A DNA stretch of 61,995 nt, the filler included, from Kipferlia bialata (taxonomy: Eukaryota): NCBI GenBank assembly GCA_003568945.1. It is 5 parts of 5 records of this genome, joined end to end, with 100 filler letters (N's around TTAATTAATTAA, not from the genome) between each part and the next. Parts side by side here need not be neighbours in the genome. Positions count along the whole stretch, not along the records: positions 1 to 14,287 come from BDIP01000840.1; positions 14,388 to 28,650 come from BDIP01000842.1; 3 more parts are not named here. One strand, given 5' to 3'. Numbering within the stretch: position 1 is the first letter of the stretch; each line of letters begins with the position of its first letter. The position numbers and the translations under genes are program-made. A model generated the notes under the pieces. It saw nothing but the letters and a program-made list of their open reading frames with translations, did not search any database and was not told the DNA's origin. This document shows, piece by piece, positions 1-14,457 of this stretch.

Positions 1-50
<50 letters not shown>

Positions 51-55
51 CTCAC

Positions 56-3000
56 ATTGTATTATGATGGAGGTGTAACAAAAATACCAGCGCCACAAAC
101 GGCTCCTAACTCAGGGTATAACATATACACTGCTGCACACACCTTGCAAAGTAGAGTGGCTGTGAGTGCTTGCTCCCCCCCAGGGTAAAGTTGGAGAGGT
201 ACGAGCATGCCAGTAGCACACGGGAGTTCCTCTCTGTGTGCACCAGGTGTCTGACAGAGGCATAGGAGTGGACGGCCTCGGGACCTGGGGTGAGAGAGAG
301 GTACATATCTTATCAGAACCCCTACATCACTCCTACAAATGAATATAGAACTGGGTGATACACTCTATCCTCCCACCTGGCTCCACCACGTGCTGTGTCT
401 CCAGTTCAGACTGGGTCTGGGAGAATGCATTGGCCCAGTCACGCGAGGAGGGGTCTGGGGGTGAGGGAGGTAGATGGGAGAGAACGAGTGGAGGTACCAC
501 GCTATACGATATATCATTGTGTATATCCCACCTGGCCCATCTAGCACTGCCCCTCTGAACATCAAGGTGCCTGACAGGGATATCAGGAAGAAGATACCGT
601 CTGCCCTGGCCCTGGGGGGGATCAGAGACCACTCACGCTGGGAGGCTGGGGTTGGGGGTATATGGTAACAGGGAAAAGGGAATACTCCTCCCTAACACTA
701 GAGAGAGAGAGAGAGAGAAACATAGTACCTGGCCCGACCAGAGCATTGAGGGTGTTGAGGCCCCACAGGATAGGGCCCCCGAGGGTCTTCCTGACAATAC
801 AGTGGGTGCCTGGGGTGAGGGCATGCAGATGCATGGTGTGAAACAAGGTGTATGGAGCTATTCAATAGCTTATGCAGAGACATATCCCTCACCCCTCAGC
901 TCCATCCAGACCCTCTGCCACGGGGCCAGGGTGAAGGACTTGTGCAGAAGACCCCTGGGGTGAGACAAGGGGGATCCAGAGAGAGAGAGAGAGAGAGAGA
1001 TGCTGCAGACTGGACACATACGGGTTCTAGTCACTGCCACATCTGCTATATATACCAACACACCTTGATCCAAACAGGGGGGTAGGTGCCACAAACACAA
1101 ATCCCTGCAGAGATGGCGCTATGGTGAGGTCCACCTTGTCCCCTGTGGCTGGGTCCAGGAAGGTGGTGCCCTCCTTCTGCGGTGAGACGCTCCAAACACT
1201 ATATAATGACATTGTATATACACTGACTACATCCCCCCACCTTGTTGCATGCCTCTAGGAAGTCCCTTGCTATCCTGTTGCTGTCAAAGTGCATCTTGAT
1301 GGGGAGACCTGGGATACCACTCACAGGGAGACGGGCAGCAAGGATCTGGTATGAGTATATAGATGGATACATGCATATGAGCAGGGGGAGCGGAGCATTA
1401 ACCCTTTACAGTCTATAGCATGTGTCCACACCTTCATGCCCTCCTTCCAGTGCAGCACCTTGCCCAGCACATTGGGGGGGTGGGCAGGGGACGGCATCTC
1501 AAGCAGGACGGTGCTGGCCCTGGGGTCAGACATAGAGGGGAGAAGAGGGTGGGTACGATTCATTAATACATATATCCCTATGACCCCTGCTCATACTCAT
1601 ACTCACTTGTTGAGCAGCACCAGGCTGTCCCTGCCCCTCCAGATCTGGGCATCCCTCAGCTCGTAGCTACGGCCCTGGCATAAGTGTCGGACATAAGTGT
1701 CGAAGGAAATGTATGGATGGAGATTGGATGTATGGATGTATGGAGCTGACCGAACATGTACTCACAGTACACGATCACACAAGACGAACCCCCCCTGAAA
1801 TGTAATAATGTAATAATACACATCCCCACCTCTCCCAGTCCCATTCTGACATGGACAGTGCTCATGGGATACATGGGACCCTGGGAGTGAGGATAGGGAT
1901 ATGAGCCAAATACATACAGTAGGACATGCGTCCATGTGTCACATCCACCCCACCCACCTGAGGTGCCACCCCCAGACTCCTCTTGCACAGTGCCACCACG
2001 CTAAAGCCATGGTACGAGGCCATCTGCAGGGCGCTGATACGCACCTGGGGTGGGAGACAGGGTATGGGGTTATACAGTGTATACATACAGTGTGTGTGTA
2101 TCCATGTACATTCTCATCACCCACCTCGAGCGGCCTTGTGACGTATCCCCTGTTGCGTATGACTGCCCTCCCCATCCGATGGGCCATGGACACAGAGGGG
2201 AAGTGGACACGCACGGGGACCCAGTCGGCACCTGAGGGTGAGGGGTGAGGGTGAGGGGAGGGAGGGATGGAGATGCAGTGGGAGAGAGACTGAAGTACCT
2301 AGCATGACCATGTATGGCAGGTCCCTCGGCTTGACTGGCAGAGCAGCCACGTCATACAGAGACCCCACAAAGTCAATGCCTGTTCCAGAGACACTGCCGG
2401 CCACATCACCTGGGGTGAGATATGTATACATTTGTATACCACATGCATATATATGGAGAGAGAGGGAGAATGGGAGAGAATGAGTCCATCCATTCATACC
2501 TGAGCCCTTTCTCTGGAGAGCAGACTCCTGGTCACCTGGAGGTGAGGGGTATTGAGAGACAAATATACAATATGGAAGAGAGTAATACATATGAGCGCTA
2601 TGAAAAATATCAGTACACTCTCGGAACAAACGTACCTATGGAGTGTGCTGCCACAGCTGCCACGTCAGCATTCCTCACAGACACGGCCTTGACACCGATA
2701 CGCACCCTGGGGGTCAGACACACAGGGACAAGAGTTGACATGTCATGGTATACACTAAATACATAGTACCCCACCTAGCTGCCACTGATGTGTTCATACA
2801 GTACAGAATGAGCTCCTTCTCTGTGGCAATGCACCAGCCTGGGGTGAGGGGAGACAAGGGAAATATATATGCGAGGAATAGACTTGTGTATACACACACC
2901 CCACTGTACCTGGGTAGAGTGCCTCCTCGCCCGCCCTGTATGCACAGGGGGCAGCCTCCACAATCCTAGGGGGTCAGGGGAGAAAGATGGGTATATACAT

Positions 3001-5725
3001 GTGGGTATGTATCTGTATATGCACTCACTTGTCCATTCCAGCCAGGAAGAGTCCCTCCAGTGCACCGGAGGGTACAATGAATCGGACACTCCTCTTGCGG
3101 CGCTTGGCCTAGGGGTAAGAGATAGGGATACACTAACAGTATACTATACCCAAGAGTGGACGAAGAGACACTGACTGTACTGCACCCACCTGCTTCTGTG
3201 CGGGTGTCAGCAGAGCCACGTTGGCAGAGGTGAGACGGGTGTAGAGTTCAGCGGCCTCCTCAGACTCACTGATCATCTGGGGGTCAAGGGGAGGGGGGGA
3301 CCGGGTGAGGGATCCATCAACAAGCAGTAATAGTGCACATAAAGCATATCATATAGACAATGAGAATACCTGGTCCTCCCCTGCCCTCCCTGACGATGTG
3401 GCATGGGTAGATGGTACCATGGGGCCACTGCTGCTCATAGGGGCACTCTGGGGTGAGAGGGAGAATTAGACATGAACACAGAGCAAGTATGAGACACCTA
3501 AATACATCGCACCTGGTACTGTGAGTGGCTGACCGATGCACCCATCCCCCTCTCACTAGAGGCCTCCTGCATAGAGGTGTCTCTGCCCGTGTGTCTGGGA
3601 CTACCGGCCTCAGTCCCTCCCATCAGTCTGGGCACAGCCTAGGGTCAGGGGGTAGTGCAGTCAGCAGTAGTGTATATACAACCAGCTCTCTCCCCTCACC
3701 TTGCTGTCCTGGGGTGCAGACGGGTCGTCAAACACCGACTTGACCCTCTTTCTCCTGTGCTTGACAGACCCAAACACAGACCCCCTCCCCCTCTGGGATC
3801 CATTGTCCTGGCCCTTACCCGATGCCCACCGCTGCATCAGGAGGAGGGTGTCCTCCCTGGGGGGTTAGGGGGGTATGTATAGAGAAATATGTAAATATAT
3901 ATATATCTATATACACACACCTGGGGTCACTGACTGATGACACGTCTGACAGGTCTGCATCGTCATGTCTTCTGATACGTCTGGACCTCTTGTCATCACG
4001 CCTGGGGTGAGGGTATATATACATACGGATATATACAGTAGTATATACACACACTACCACCCACTTGTTGTGCGCCCATGGTACCACACTCTTGATCATG
4101 CCGAACCCCTCTCCAGTGCCGGAGGGTAGGGTCTGGTCGGGGGTGGAGTCAGAGCCAGAGCCGGAGTCTGGGGGTGAGAGACAAGGAATGGGAGAAACCA
4201 TATATATAGGATTGTGACTCATGGTCCAATGAATAATGTCTGTTTGAACTATTTGCATTGCCCTGAGTCTTACTAGAAAATGTCGGTGTGTATATACATG
4301 TACTAGTGTGTACCTGTGTCTGAGGGGGGCGCCGAAAACTGGCTGGACTCAGCATCCTCATCCCCAGGGACCTGGGGTGGGGGGGGGGGTATGTATGCAT
4401 ACACAGAATGAGTGAACAACATATTAGAGAGAGTCCTAGTGCCAGTACCTGGTAGTCCGACCCATCTTCAGAGCTGTCCCCCCCTCTCTTGTACTCATCG
4501 TCCTTGTCCCTGCCCCACAGGAGCCCAGGGGACCCTGACCGCCGTACTGTTCCCTAGGATAAGAGGTGAGACAGATCAGGAATTCAGTATGTGGAGCAGC
4601 CCCCTGATACCTGCCCTGCATTGTGTCTGGCTGTGTCTGTGCCACTGATGCCACTGATACCACTGATACCTGAGGGGACAGGCTCGGGAGAGTGGGAGGT
4701 CTGGGGTGGGAGGGGGGGGGAGAGAGAGAGAGAGAGAGAGATACAGGGATCATCTGTACACCATCTCACCTTGAACACGTGCTTCCTGACGACCTTCCTC
4801 CCCCTCAGCCCCTTCATGCCTCTGGCCCTGCCGTTATCACCTCCCTCCACCCTCTCCCTCAGCCGGAACTGCAGCTTGCGGGGGTCCTGAGAGGTGAGGG
4901 GAGGGAGGGTAAGCGCAAAGGGAGAGAGAGAGAGAGTATGTACCTGGAACCCCGGGTGGTACTCGTCTGACACACTGGACACAAAAGAGGACCCCTCATC
5001 TGGCCCGTCACTCTCTGAGAAGCGGGTGCCGTTGGCCTCTGCCTTGCCCCTGCCGATGGAGCCTAGGCCAACGAAGAGACCTGGGGGGTGGGGAGGGGGG
5101 GAGGGAGAGAGAGACTGAGAAACACACACATGCATTCACGTACAATACATACATATACAGTCATTACCTGCGAGCCCCTTTCCCTTAGTGCTCCCCTTTG
5201 CACTGCCCCTGCCCTTGGTGGACCCTCTCCTGAGTGCCAGCATGGCCCCCCCAGGTGTGTGTCTCACACTGGCACCGTCCCCCACACTCATGCCGGAGTA
5301 GTGGTGGGACATGCTGGGGGCGTTGCTGGGCTCCTGTGCATCCATGTCACGGGGGGTGAGGTTGACAGACGAGACCTGGAGTGAGGGGGGGAGGGAGAGC
5401 TCTGAAGGATACAGCAATGGTACACACACATCCGAGTCAGTGCCGTTCCAATAACCCTACCTCTGACAGCCCAGCCAGCGATGCCACACTCATATTGGGC
5501 ACCATGCCCCTCCCCATGCCCCCTAGGGACATGTCTCTATCCCCAGACGACAGCTCAGACCTAACGGGTTAGTACTAGAGTAGTATAGGCATAGATATAG
5601 ACAGTGCCGCACCTTGTGAAGAGGGACAGGTATCTGTTGGCACACACAATCTTGAGGACAGACAGAGACTGCTCCTTCCACAGGGTGGACTGCCTAACTA
5701 GGCTGCGCTCACTCTCCTCCTGATG

Positions 5726-5763
<38 letters not shown>

Positions 5764-7975
5764 AAGACTCACCTCACTGTCACTCTCGCTCCCCTCTGAC
5801 GAGGACTCATCCTCCCTGTCTCTCTCCCCCCTCAGCTTCTTGATGTGGATATCCATGGTCCTTTCTCCCTGCCTTGGGTCAGAAAGGTTACTTAGAGAGA
5901 GAGATAGTACGAAGACATGCATCCACCCCACCTCTGGGCATCGAAGACTGAGTCTGATGTCTCACTGCCACTCATTGATATGGACATGGACATCGACATG
6001 GACTGGGAGTCGGACATGTCCCTGGGGTCAGAAGGGGGAGGGAGGGAGGGAGACACACACACCGAGACAGAGAGAGAGAGAGAGAGAGAACAGCCGCCTC
6101 ACCATGACACCGACTGGGACTGGGATTGGGATGCCTCTGCCCCTAGTTCTGCCCTGGCAGCATCGAGGGAGGCCTGGTCAGACTGGGCCATCTGGCTGGG
6201 GGTGGGTGGTTGTGACAGGTTAGACATGTACTTATGTACACAATAATACAGTCAGTATACACCCACCTGAGGATGAGGTCCTCCACACTTGGCTCCAGGT
6301 CCTCTGTGGCATCTCCATCCTCAATAGATAGGTCACTACGTTCAGAGGGGGTGTAGTGCCTGGGATGAGGGGTGTGGGTTCTATTGTATCTAGGAATACA
6401 AATCACTGTGACTCTCTCACCTAGAAGTTGTAGAACCACTCTTGCCTGACTTGGCACTGCGCTGAGAGGACCTGGGAGTGAGTATATACATATTGTGACG
6501 TGTATATAGATGACCAATCTCAGTAAAACAGGCAACCACCATACATACTTGTCCGTACCTGGACGATGTCGAGTCTGCATCGCTGGGCTCGTCATCCCCT
6601 GCCTGGCTCTCTCCCTCCCACCGCAGCACAGACCCCTTCTCACTCAGACCTGGGGTCAGGAAAGTCAACACATCGAGAATACCACACTTCCAGTACTAAT
6701 AGACAAGAGGTGGGATATATGCACATGCCGCACCTGTCTGGTGCTCCAGGTCCTGCTGGGTGGGTGCGAGGCCTGCCATGGAGGGAGTCCTCTTGATGAA
6801 CGAGAACATGGACTTGAGGGACCGGGCCAGAGACTTCTCTCTCTGGATGGAGACCCTCTCCTAAGGGTCAGAGAGGAGGGGGGGGTTCATGAGATTATGA
6901 CTATAGACGTAGAAGACTCCTACCTGGGGCAGATTCCTGATGGCATGTGACCGATAGCTGAACATGTAGTGGAAGGAACCAGAGGTGTCAGCGAAGAGGG
7001 CAGTGTCGCCTGAGGCGTGAGGGGGGGTAAGAGTAGCGTCACAGCAATACAGTGGGAGATAGCAGGCCTACCAAGCATACCTGCGATGTAGAGGTACCCG
7101 TCTATGTCCTCCTGTGCGTCCTCTGAGTCCTCGCTGTCACTGTCCTCATTGGCATGGACAGGCACATCTATGGCCTGCTGCACAGACTCAAGGGCACCTG
7201 GGGGGTGGGGGGGGGAGAGAGAGAGAGAGAAAAGGATGCAAGGTGTATAAGTAAATACAAACACATCCCCACCTGGCTCTAGCACTCTGTCCCTGATACC
7301 CCTCAGTCTGTCTCTCTCCCTGGGTCGTTAGAGGTCGTGGTATTTGTGATAAGCAGGGTATCTCATATGACAGATATAGCTACCAGTATGATTCGATATC
7401 CACCCACCTGTCTGTGACTGGGACCAGTGTGTTGGAGGATGCCACCAGCACAGTAGGGACAGACAGGGTGAAGAGGGGGACATCCTCTGTGATGTTGGTC
7501 GTCAGAATCCTAGGGGTCAGATAGCTACCAGAGACAGTATTGACACAGACACCACTCTCCCACCTGAACAGTATCTCTGCGGCACCTATTCCGGCACAGA
7601 ATGACAAACACTCCTGGATGCGTTCAGACCTGGGGGGAAGACAAGTAAGAAAGAGAGAGACAGAGAAAGACATTTAGCTAAGAAGTATGAGCACCGTCCT
7701 ACCTTGGGTCCTCTGGCTGTGCGTCGTATATCATGTCATAGAGGGTAGACAGCAGAGGCCTGGCCTCTGGGCCCCCAGTCACATGATAGACACCACCAGA
7801 GTGGGGCAGGAACAGAGACAGGATGAAGTTGCTGGAGGTCAGGGAGATTAGAGTCAGAAGGGGAGGAGGGATGGGGGGGGGGGGGGGGGGGGCACCCTAT
7901 AAATGTGATATGAATGTCCCACCTCCGGTGCTCCCTAGGACACTGAGCATAATCCTCAGAACCATGTCCCAACCA
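56..7975 (-). CDS. Large multi-exon hypothetical protein (possibly more than one gene); acidic/Ser-rich middle, weak MDR/GroES-like segment near 2300-2706; 3' end runs off the window
   Basis: Dozens of short minus-strand exons bounded by GT donors and CTCACCCCAG-type acceptors (ctggggtgag on +). In-frame joins give e.g. NFILSLFLPHSGGVYHVTGG, GDTALFADTSGSFHYMFSYRSH, VRIGVKAVSVRNADVAAV...GTGIDFVGSL. Start codon not resolved. Confidence 0.55.
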
Positions 7976-8082
7976 CTATACCGACCACACCAGAGAGTCA
8001 CTCAACACAGATACTCCAGGCCGGTGGAAGAGGTGGGCCAGACACGACCTGTACACATATGTCTACTGTAGACCCACCACCC

Positions 8083-8690
8083 CTACTCTGCCATGAACCT
8101 GTCCAGCACCTGGCTGAGGGTCTGTCTCCCCTTCTCGGCCTCTGCACCGGCCACCTCTGCTGCCACCCTCTCTCTCTCCCTGACCCCCAGGGGCACAGTA
8201 TCCAGCACCCACCTGCCACAGACAGAGGGGGTGAACTCGGGGTGGAACTGCACACCTAGCACTCTCTCATTCCCTATGGCCTCAATGATACGCTCTGGGT
8301 AGGTGCCCTCTGGCCAGAGAGGGTGGGTGCCTACCCGGCTGTAGTGGGCTGAGGGGCAGGAGGTGGCCAGGATCCGGAGGGGTGGCGACACGGCCTTTGT
8401 CTGGCAAGGGGGGGTATCAGGGCAGACCACACAGTCTGTGTGTGTCTCCACCACAGACACCCTGTGCATGTCCCCATCAGTGTCACAGAGAGACAGTGAC
8501 TCAACACCCAGCACACCAGAGGGGAGAGAGCACACCCGGTATCCAAGTGCCTTGCTCAATGCCTGGAACCCATAACAGATGCAGAGCAGTCGGAACCCGC
8601 TGTGTGCTCCCTCTGCCGTGGCTATCTGGCCCAGCCACTGCACAAGTCTCCCCGACCACGGCGCACAGCTTGTCACGCTGGCGAGGGCAC
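8083..8690 (-). CDS. Class I glutamine amidotransferase-like protein, last exon (5' part lost in N gap)
   Basis: Nucleophile elbow LCICYGFQAL and GVQFHPE (Cys-His-Glu triad); GALASV..PW motif right after an acceptor AG near 8691. Confidence 0.85.
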
Positions 8691-8805
8691 CTGAATCATC
8701 AATAATTACAGGGGATTAAAGAATATAAGATTATATATATATGAGATCATATACATAATAACGGGGGGGGGGGGGGGGGGGGGGGGGGTACAAAAAACAA
8801 ATCTG

Positions 8806-9798
8806 NNNNNNNNNNNNNNNNNNNNNNNNNNNNNNNNNNNNNNNNNNNNNNNNNNNNNNNNNNNNNNNNNNNNNNNNNNNNNNNNNNNNNNNNNNNNNNN
8901 NNNNNNNNNNNNNNNNNNNNNNNNNNNNNNNNNNNNNNNNNNNNNNNNNNNNNNNNNNNNNNNNNNNNNNNNNNNNNNNNNNNNNNNNNNNNNNNNNNNN
9001 NNNNNNNNNNNNNNNNNNNNNNNNNNNNNNNNNNNNNNNNNNNNNNNNNNNNNNNNNNNNNNNNNNNNNNNNNNNNNNNNNNNNNNNNNNNNNNNNNNNN
9101 NNNNNNNNNNNNNNNNNNNNNNNNNNNNNNNNNNNNNNNNNNNNNNNNNNNNNNNNNNNNNNNNNNNNNNNNNNNNNNNNNNNNNNNNNNNNNNNNNNNN
9201 NNNNNNNNNNNNNNNNNNNNNNNNNNNNNNNNNNNNNNNNNNNNNNNNNNNNNNNNNNNNNNNNNNNNNNNNNNNNNNNNNNNNNNNNNNNNNNNNNNNN
9301 NNNNNNNNNNNNNNNNNNNNNNNNNNNNNNNNNNNNNNNNNNNNNNNNNNNNNNNNNNNNNNNNNNNNNNNNNNNNNNNNNNNNNNNNNNNNNNNNNNNN
9401 NNNNNNNNNNNNNNNNNNNNNNNNNNNNNNNNNNNNNNNNNNNNNNNNNNNNNNNNNNNNNNNNNNNNNNNNNNNNNNNNNNNNNNNNNNNNNNNNNNNN
9501 NNNNNNNNNNNNNNNNNNNNNNNNNNNNNNNNNNNNNNNNNNNNNNNNNNNNNNNNNNNNNNNNNNNNNNNNNNNNNNNNNNNNNNNNNNNNNNNNNNNN
9601 NNNNNNNNNNNNNNNNNNNNNNNNNNNNNNNNNNNNNNNNNNNNNNNNNNNNNNNNNNNNNNNNNNNNNNNNNNNNNNNNNNNNNNNNNNNNNNNNNNNN
9701 NNNNNNNNNNNNNNNNNNNNNNNNNNNNNNNNNNNNNNNNNNNNNNNNNNNNNNNNNNNNNNNNNNNNNNNNNNNNNNNNNNNNNNNNNNNNNNNNNN
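8806..9798. other. Assembly gap
   Basis: Run of N flanked by homopolymer G/C tracts. Confidence 0.99.
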
Positions 9799-9855
9799 GG
9801 GTGGGCCTGGATCCCTGCCCCCCCCACCCCCCCCCCCCCCCACCCCTAACCCCAG

Positions 9856-10241
9856 CATGCTCCGGAAGCTCAGACTGGGTCAGTTTATGTCCAACTACAG
9901 TGCCAGAGAGATATTCCTGGTGGCTGCAAAGTCCCACACCCGGTATGGCATGGACTCTCTCTCTCTCCAAAAGTGAAGTGACTCTATCTATGAGGTCTGT
10001 GTTCTGACTCTTCAGCCACGGGGCCCCTGCTCTCTCGCTCCAGGACTTCTACCGGCTGATATACGTCGTGGCACAGTTTGTGTATGCCAGACCCGCATTC
10101 TACGAGGTAGAGCTGGTGCTCTCTCTCCATGCTGTGTTCTGTCTTCTCATGTTTGTTTGTTACCTCTCTCTCACACCAGGCCCTTGCGTCTCCTGCCGAG
10201 CGCACTGCGAGACTCGTCGACAAGCTCATCTTCCTATCCTA
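9856..10241 (+). CDS. 3' end (three exons) of a hypothetical protein
   Basis: Spliced reading MLRKLRLGQFMSNYSAREIFLVAAK...LSLQDFYRLIYVVAQFVYARPAFYE/ALASPAERTARLVDKLIFLS*, canonical acceptors ctaaccccag, ctgactcttcag, ctcacaccag. Confidence 0.6.
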
Positions 10242-10552
10242 GAGTGTAGAGAGAGGGTGAGAGATGTATCCGTTTACACAGGGAAGTCAGGGGCAACTGG
10301 GTGCTCTCTAGCAGTGTAGTTGTATTGTAGTACTGGTGTGTCTGAAGTGCTCAGCCGGCAGCACTTTGTATTATTATGGAATAGAATATAGTTTCAAGTT
10401 GAGGGTGTGTACCCTGGCTTTGTATCGCTTAGCGTGTCGATTAACACAACTCAAGTAGAGGAGGGTCCTGGCCTTCATATGTCACAATACACATTTACTA
10501 ACGCAAAACACGAAATACTACTGCAACCATCCTCATATCTCTAGTAAGGGCT

Positions 10553-13500
10553 CTAGGCAAGGGGGTCAGCAGCTACCTCCTCCTCGTCGTCTACCACATG
10601 CTCCTCTGCATCAGGTGCACCCTCTACCTGTACAGAAGGTGCCTCTACAGCGGGTGCCTCTACAGCGGGTGCTTCTGATGCAGTTACCTCCACTGGCTGA
10701 GCCTCCACCTTGGGGGCTGGGGCATCACCTGCATTGGCATCAGGGGCAGGGGTGGGCACCTGCATGCCCATGTAGTCCTCGTCAATGCCACTGGGTGAGA
10801 AAGGGATGGGTACTATAATACTCACACGTATCTATACACTACTATTATGGAACACTTCTCTCTCTCTCCCCCCATATACATATATATATATATAAGTACA
10901 CGCTGAGTGTGAGGCATGTCCCCACCTGAGGTCTATGACTGTGCCGGCCAGGGCTCCAGACACAGCGCCGTCGGCACCTGCAATACCCACGCTCCTAGGA
11001 GTGAGAGGCAGAAGAGAATGTACGGGTTACAAAACTTCCTACTGATGGAGATACACCCGATAACGTACACCACGCCGTTGTTTCCCTCGAGTCTGAGCCC
11101 AAAGGCCTTGACTGGCTCCAGGACACTCTCCTGAGGGTGGGGGATGGGGTCTTATTAATCTAGATGCTACACGCACATGCTTGGCTTCCAGTACCTGACA
11201 GAGGTTGATGACTACGTTGACGTCTCTCCGCAGGGCCTTCTTGGAGGAGCTCCCGGTCAGCTCAACACTGCAAGTAAGAGGGTGCCAATAACAGAGTGTA
11301 CATGAAATACTGGCACTGGTAGGTATGGGTAGGCAATGGTATGTGAACGTCGGGATGCACCTGGCAAAGGAGGATGTGTCGATGGAGGACAGGACGTGCT
11401 GCACAAAGAGGGGGAGGCAGGCGGGGAGGGACAGAGAGAGGAACAGGAATCTGACTGCAACCTGACATGGGCGAACGCTTATGGGGGACGAGTAGCAACA
11501 CAAGCTCAATGATGAAGGGTACAACTGATTCAACAATACACCCACCTTGGCGACAGATGCCCTCTTGAGAATAAAGGATCCAAGGAGCAGACCCAGTCTC
11601 TGGCCTGGGGGTGAGGGGCATGTGTGGACAGGCTGATGTATATTCATTATACCCTTATACACACATATATATAGAGTGTCGTACCTGCGACGTTCTCTGC
11701 CTTGCAGTGTGCAGACCCCACTATCTGGGGATAGAGCTCTGGGGAGTGCTCGATTACCAGAGAGGCCGCAAACAGAGCATGCAGGAGGACGGAGCCAGTC
11801 TCGGCTTGTGGTGAGGGGCGGAGTATAGCATCCATCGACAAATCAATGATAGAGGTCACATACCAACGTTCACTGTACGTACCATCATCCAGGAGAGTCT
11901 CCTCGTCGGCCTCATCGCCTCTCTCCTTCTCTCCCCTGATGTACCTGGTGTAAGTATACACCAAAGTGCAAGAATAGAATATGAATAGGGGGGAATTAAT
12001 GTTGATACCTCTTTCCCAGTGCCAGGCCAATGATCCTAGCACACTCTCTCTCCCTCTCAAGACCCGACTCCCTGGCACCTATAGTGTTAGGAGGCCAACG
12101 ACACACACACACACAAAGAGAGACAGAGGGTTACTATCTAGGCATATCAATGTGGTATCGACCCGTACCTCTCCCAGATAACTTCCTGAGGATGCCACAG
12201 GACACAAGAACCCCTAGGGCACGCATGCCAGCGGCCCTGACCCCCTAACGGATAAGATGCCATGAATGATATTAGAGTTTACCCTGTGTGTCGAGAGTGA
12301 GACAGTGCGTACCTCTCTCTCGTCCTGGGCTGCCTCAATAACAGCATGGTAGAGGGGCTCGGTGACAGACCTACACAGTAAGAAAGGGGTGTGTGGGAGA
12401 GGTATACTTGGGTATTACATACTACACAGCCACTATAAATAAATATATATATATATATACATATATACCTGACAATGGTCTGGGCAGCTGTGGCTAGGGT
12501 GCCGGTCACGTGGGTGCTGGGCTGAGGCAAATGGACAAGGATTCACAAAATTCAGAACAATCGACTAGAAATCAAAACACTCATGTACATATCCACCACA
12601 CGTACAGTGACCGTGCTAGGTTGACTGCCGCTGTGACTGCAAACTCCCTGGCATCTGGAGTGGCTGAGGAGGCCAGCTTCACTGCAGGTGAGCACACTAC
12701 ATTCATCCACAGCACTAGTATAAACACACACTGACTCATCTGTCACCAACTCGTGTACCTAGTGCATTGAGGGCATCTAGCACGAGCTGCTCCCTCTGGT
12801 CTGCCAGGTCCTCCTCGGACACCCTCACCCTCTCGCCGTCCTCGTCCTTCTGCTCACAGGGAATGGGCGAGGCATCTGGGGTGAGACGGGCAGGGGGAAG
12901 TGGGGGGGGGGGGTGTTGATGTGGACCTCACCTAGTAGAATGGCGGCACACTCGGAGTAGGCAGACAGGTTCCTGACCTGGGAGTCAGCGAGGGGGAATG
13001 ATGAGGAGATGACTGATTGTACCTATATATCAACACAAGACATGCCATACCGCAAATGCCGCCCCCTGGGCCAGGACAGGGTCACACTGGCGGGCCAGGA
13101 TCCTGGGGTGAATGGTGGCGGGGCAAATGTACACACAGATGAGTGTTCAAACACTTGAGAGACTGACGGGCAGTGTGCCATCAGCATGGGAGTGCCCCAC
13201 CTCATGATGGCATGGCCCATTCCGGCGGTGAGGACGGCATGCACATACTCTGGCAGTCAGTGAGAGCAAGACAGGCTGAGCTAGGGACTAGAGAGACCAC
13301 TCAATGAGACCCAGCATCATACCCCCCCCCCACCTGTGTTTGGGTCTGCTGTCATGTTGACTGTGATGCCCAACAGGTGCTGCAGACGGGAGGAGGGGGC
13401 GCCGGGCTTCCTGACGGGTTAGGACATAGCAAGTACTGAAAGAGAAAGGAGATGACAGAAATAGCCCTTCCACACTTTGCATGTGCCGTCTACCCCTAGC

Positions 13501-14232
13501 CACTGTACCTGACACTGATGATGAGCCGCTGGTCCCCTGTCTCGTCGAGGGCCTGGGGTGAGGGGTCCGTTGGGATAGGGCGGATGACACATTCACCCGA
13601 CAGGCACGAGTGCCACACATCCCCCTCTGATCCTCGTCGACTAGTATCTAGTAGGTAGTAGTATCAAGCATGTAGTATCTAGTCCCCACCTGGTTGACCC
13701 TTCTGGTCAGGGTGGTAAGCAGCCACTCATTGGCCTGGAGGGCCTTTCTGGCAGAGGTGGATGCCAGAGACCTAGGGGTCAGGGGGGGGGGGGGTAAAGA
13801 GTCAGGGGTGTGAGATCTGTTACATGGTGTCGGTTAGTGTAAGAGTCCGAGCAGCCTTGGAATGACTATGTGGATGGTGACATGAAGGGAGGGTACCTTC
13901 TGAGGAGTCTGAGGGACTCGGCCAGAATGAGGTCATCCTCTGTGTCCCTAATAGTGAGACAGAGAGAGAGGAGGGGGGGGGGGAGAGAGAGAGAGAGCCA
14001 GAAAGTATCAGTGTGTGTATATATATGTACATGCCTGATTAGGTGGAGCTGGGACACCTTGGTGTTGTCTGCATCGTCAATGTTGACACCCCTGGGGTTG
14101 GTAATCAGACACAAAGGAGAGTAAGTGACGATATACCATCCAGCATCCACCATGACTCACTTGTTCATGAGCACACTGTAGCACAGAGCGCAGGTCCACT
14201 TGAGGGACTGGCCCTGGAAGGTGAGGCCTCGC
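10553..14232 (-). CDS. Multi-exon hypothetical protein with acidic Ala/Pro/Glu-rich C-terminal tail (5' truncated)
   Basis: More than 20 short exons with canonical sites; the last exons join in frame (ESVLEPVKAFGLRLEGNNGVVYVIGCISIRSVGIAG...EAPAVEAPAVEAP...DPLA*). Confidence 0.6.
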
Positions 14233-14287
14233 CTGCGGTGAGAGAATGGGGGGGGGGGGGGGGGGGGGGAAAGGGGTTCTTTTACAC

Positions 14288-14387
14288 NNNNNNNNNNNNN
14301 NNNNNNNNNNNNNNNNNNNNNNNNNNNNNNNTTAATTAATTAANNNNNNNNNNNNNNNNNNNNNNNNNNNNNNNNNNNNNNNNNNNN
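14288..14387. other. Artificial scaffold linker
   Basis: N-run + TTAATTAATTAA (stops in six frames) + N-run. Confidence 0.97.
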
Positions 14388-14399
14388 CTGTTTCCTCCC

Positions 14400-14440
<41 letters not shown>

Positions 14441-14457
14441 TCTCAATCCAACCCCAG

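Noticed and set aside
1..50. Poly-G/poly-C tracts as telomeric or G-quadruplex elements
   Set aside because: They coincide with contig ends and intron C-runs; lengths are unreliable.
7975..8090. Fusion of the glutamine amidotransferase to the downstream giant gene
   Set aside because: In-frame stop at 8083; fusion needs two very short introns without the usual branch motif.
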